From the NCBI GenBank assembly GCA_040437565.1, contig JBDOQK010000011.1, positions 310,001 to 374,000 on the forward strand: DNA of 64,000 bases, read 5' to 3'. The DNA is from Albugo candida (Eukaryota). Every line of letters starts with the position of its first letter. Position 1 is the stretch's first letter. This document shows positions 60,832 to 64,000 of this stretch, piece after piece. The notes under the pieces were generated by a model. The model made no database searches. It was not told the DNA's origin and saw only the letters and a program-made list of their open reading frames with translations. The position numbers and the translations under genes were made by a program.

Positions 60832-63435
60832 ATGTTTTTGCGCCGCAAACGTGAGGAGGTCCACGCTCGACAATCATCCAGCGGGTCGATTGAACTACCC
60901 GACTACATTACTTCAGCTGATAATCATCATGATCTTGCACTGCTGCAGCGAGAATTCGGTATAAAGCCGATACAAGATTCGGATGTGCAAGCAGAGTTGG
61001 ACCTTTTGATTGCCGATAATGTAGAGTCGATGGAATACGAGAATAATGTGATGTGTCCAGCGAATAGAGAAGGTGAATTGGAAGATATACTATGGCAAAG
61101 TATGAGAGAAGAGAATGAAGATGACATGGCTCAAGACGCGTTGAATGCTGATGATGAACGGCAATACGGTGAAAGTCACGAACGAGTTGATGAGAGCTTG
61201 GAATCGGACTTGGACCTTGTCGAAGAAGTGACAGATGAGGATATGCTTGATCCAGAATTTCTGACTCAGCTCGAAGCATTCGGCCATCGAGAAAATGGAA
61301 GAATCAATAAAGACGAGCAAAATTATCAGATTGATTTACTTATGCAAAAAATAAAGGACATGAAAGTCAAATCTGTTACGCTGAAGAGGCAAAACAATAT
61401 TGCAGAAGCACTGCAGGCATTTCGGGAGCTGAAGGTATTCGAGGAGAAACTTGCGCTATTGAAAGAGGGCGCAATTTCAAGCGTTATAGATGTGAACATT
61501 GCACAGGGAAAGTATACTGCTACGCATCCTCCTTCTCGACATAGAGTGAAAATAAGGGACTCAACTTGTCAAGTCAACAATGCACCTCAGACAAATACTC
61601 GTAGAATGGGTGAAAGTGTTGATGACTTTCAGAATCGCACTACCGAAATAGTCTCGGGTGTCGATGATGAAGAATTTAAAAGCAATGACTCAAAAGGGTG
61701 CAACAAAGCCAGACATGTGCCTCAGATCAGGAAGGAGAAAAGTCTTGAAGCTTACAGCCAAGAACGGCCCATTTTAGATGAAGATATTGAACGACGCCTA
61801 GAAGATGCAAAAAGAGAAGCCATCCGGCTGAAGCGGGAAAATGACATTCAAGGAGCTGTCAAAGTCATGCGACAGATCAAGGATTTGGAGTCTCGTCTAA
61901 ACCTGGAAGAATATCTAGATAGAACGAACAGCGGTGATAAAACCAAGCATGCCGAAATACCAAATGTACCAGTTGTCAAAGCCGACTGCGACTCTGATAA
62001 TGAATATTCTCAATTGGAACGGTTGTTAGTGAAGTTTGCAAACGACGCAATGCTGCAATCCGCAAAGTGGTTACCAATCAATCGCTTTCATGCTGCGTAC
62101 TGGGTAAAACAGGTGGAGATTTTTCATTTTGCTTGACTCGCTTTCTCACCCGATTCTCGTACGTAGCGCAAACGCTACGTAGATGATTTGGAGAATCTTC
62201 GAACGAGGCTGCATAAAGCTCATACTCAAGATCCACCACGTTTTGCGATACAGCATCATAGTGAGGACGTTGAGAGAGTTTTGTCAAATGTATCACAAGA
62301 TGAGATCAGAGTAGAAATTCGATCGCTGCATCAGCTATGTCAGCTAGCTGGAAAGGAAGTGTTTGTAAAATTCTGTTTGAATGTCCCGTCGTCGAATCCA
62401 ATCGAAGGCAAAACGAGCAATTTCCACGTCCCGGCCACTCCTCCATATGCATGCAAATCATTTCCTTCCAAAATGTATTCCCAATTTGCGTTTCCAATTA
62501 AACGAAATCGCGGATTGCAACGATTATTCGACCTGAAGAAAGCCACTTTCGAAGTCTGGCGTCCCAGCACAATATTCAGGTCCTCTCAAATGGTAGCACG
62601 TGCATACTTGACATTGGTAAAGTTTTTTGTACTCCAATCGGTACTATTGTGAAGTATCTCATGAATTCAATTGAAGAGTCCTCTCAATACTCAGTGTGAA
62701 ATACACTGCGAGATTCCATTTGTCAATCCAAATCGGCGACCCACAGGTGGGGATATTGAGGTACGTCTCCATTCGATACAGAAAAAGCTTGACATCCTCA
62801 CGTTCTTCCTTGGCAATTTAGGTCGTAATTCAGCTCCGAACTCCTCTTCGTGTGAAAGAAATAAGAAAAAGCACATACGAAACGCTCACCGTGGAGAATG
62901 TACCGGCCAAGTCTTCTATCCTGTCTTCAATCATACCTCAACCAGCTGAGATGCAGAACAAAGGGAGCGAAGCCATAGCCGACGTACTCGATGATCCTTT
63001 TGATCCTCACAGTGTCGACCTGATAGTCAGTTATGATGTTATCATCGAAGAGGTAGCGATTGTTCGACTTGTATCACCGTAACTGAATGCTCTTATAGAT
63101 GAAAAAGATCAACGAAAATCTGGGGGATCAACGAGCTGAGAGATCGGATTTGAAGGACCGCATCGATTCCTTAAGTTTAAAAAAGCAGGTCGGACTTGCT
63201 TTATGAATATCGTAGCCGTACTACTTTGCTTTTGTAGCTTCTGGAAATTAGTATGGAATCAGGTCGCTTGACATTGAAGCAATACTTGGAGCAACTTCGA
63301 AGCAGAATCGACTCCGACTACGTAATATTCAAGAAACTTCAGCAGCAGAATCGATTTGTTGACGCTGAATGCGTAATGCGACGAATTCGCATAATGAAAG
63401 AGGAGATGAAAGTTGATCCTAACGAGCTTTCCTGA
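60832..63435 (+). CDS. CC2D1A/B / Lethal giant discs-like protein (DM14 repeats + C2 domain); multi-exon
   Basis: DM14-like KVKSVTLKRQNNIAEALQAFRELK and AKREAIRLKRENDIQGAVKVMRQIK; C2 region FAFPIKRNRGLQRLF..KKATFEVW...PTGGDIEV.IQLRTPL; C-terminal helical tail. Confidence 0.75.
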
Positions 63436-63484
63436 AGGAAAATAATTTTGTATACTTTGTATACTGAGACAATTATTACTACCA

Positions 63485-63966
63485 ATGAGCATTTGCATCA
63501 ATGGACTAGCTGAAATCGACCTTCCTCAAGGTGAATAGAGGCAGCTGCTGCATAATAAGAGATCTATCAGGGCGCTAATACACGTGTAGAGCTAATCCGT
63601 AAATCATGCGCGCATTGCTGTACCGCAACGGCCAATGTGGAGTGCCCAGAATGCAAAAAATGTTACTGCAGCACGTGTATGCATCCGGCTCACGGCGTGG
63701 TCGATCCAGACGGAACCGTAAAGTCAGAGTATACGGAGACGTCCCATGCACATTTCGACAAGATCGTTAGGTGTAATGGTACGAGCCAGCAATGTATTTT
63801 TGCATCGCGTCTTACCGCATCTTGTGTAGTTTGTCTGGAATGCCGGGATAAAGATGTGGAATTTTACTGCGTGAATTGCGATGTGTATCAGTGCGAAGTC
63901 TGTTGCGCATCATTTCATTTGACGAATGCGACAGATCACTCATATTTTGCAGTTCAAGGTGAATAG
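63485..63966 (+). CDS. Small tandem B-box zinc-finger protein; 2 exons (63485-63530, 63590-63966)
   Basis: CAHC...VECPECKKCYCSTCMHPAH and CLEC...FYCVNCDVYQCEVCCASFH...DH; a GT-AG intron keeps the frame. Confidence 0.7.
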
Positions 63967-64000
63967 AATACTTTCAATTCTGCATTTTCTTACTTTACGA

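Noticed and set aside
1-64000. CRISPR arrays, rRNA, operons, prophage
   Set aside because: Eukaryotic spliced genes throughout; no repeat-spacer arrays or rRNA-like sequence seen.

Overview
Eukaryotic, intron-containing, moderately AT-rich genomic DNA from an oomycete. Two GP42-type transglutaminase elicitor genes and oomycete INR/FPR-like promoter motifs support this; the compact layout suggests an Albugo-like white rust (inference). Housekeeping genes: 2-isopropylmalate synthase (partial), SGF29, histone H2A.X, an equilibrative nucleoside transporter, RAD52, Sec61-gamma, GOS1/GS28, ATP12, RPB4, an ACT-domain Raf-like kinase, a PSTAIRE CDK, a DMXL/Rav1 WD40 giant, a CC2D1/Lgd-like gene and a B-box gene. 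Between about 14.4 and 26.3 kb lies a head-to-tail ~6 kb tandem duplication. Its junction joins an ATP12 intron to the GOS1 3' flank through a short microhomology. Each unit carries a secreted HAD-family phosphatase; these two genes have diverged far more than their flanks and one has a nonsense codon. Ankyrin, FYVE and ATP12-fragment pseudogenes lie in or next to the block. Other unusual proteins are a START-like/FYVE/FIST-domain fusion and a secreted protein built from LCxxAxSxxPAxC repeats plus an Ig-like domain. Twelve of the fourteen 100-N gaps have overlapping duplicated flanks (assembly artefacts, some with allelic or paralogous SNPs). All calls were made by eye from the sequence; no database searches were run.
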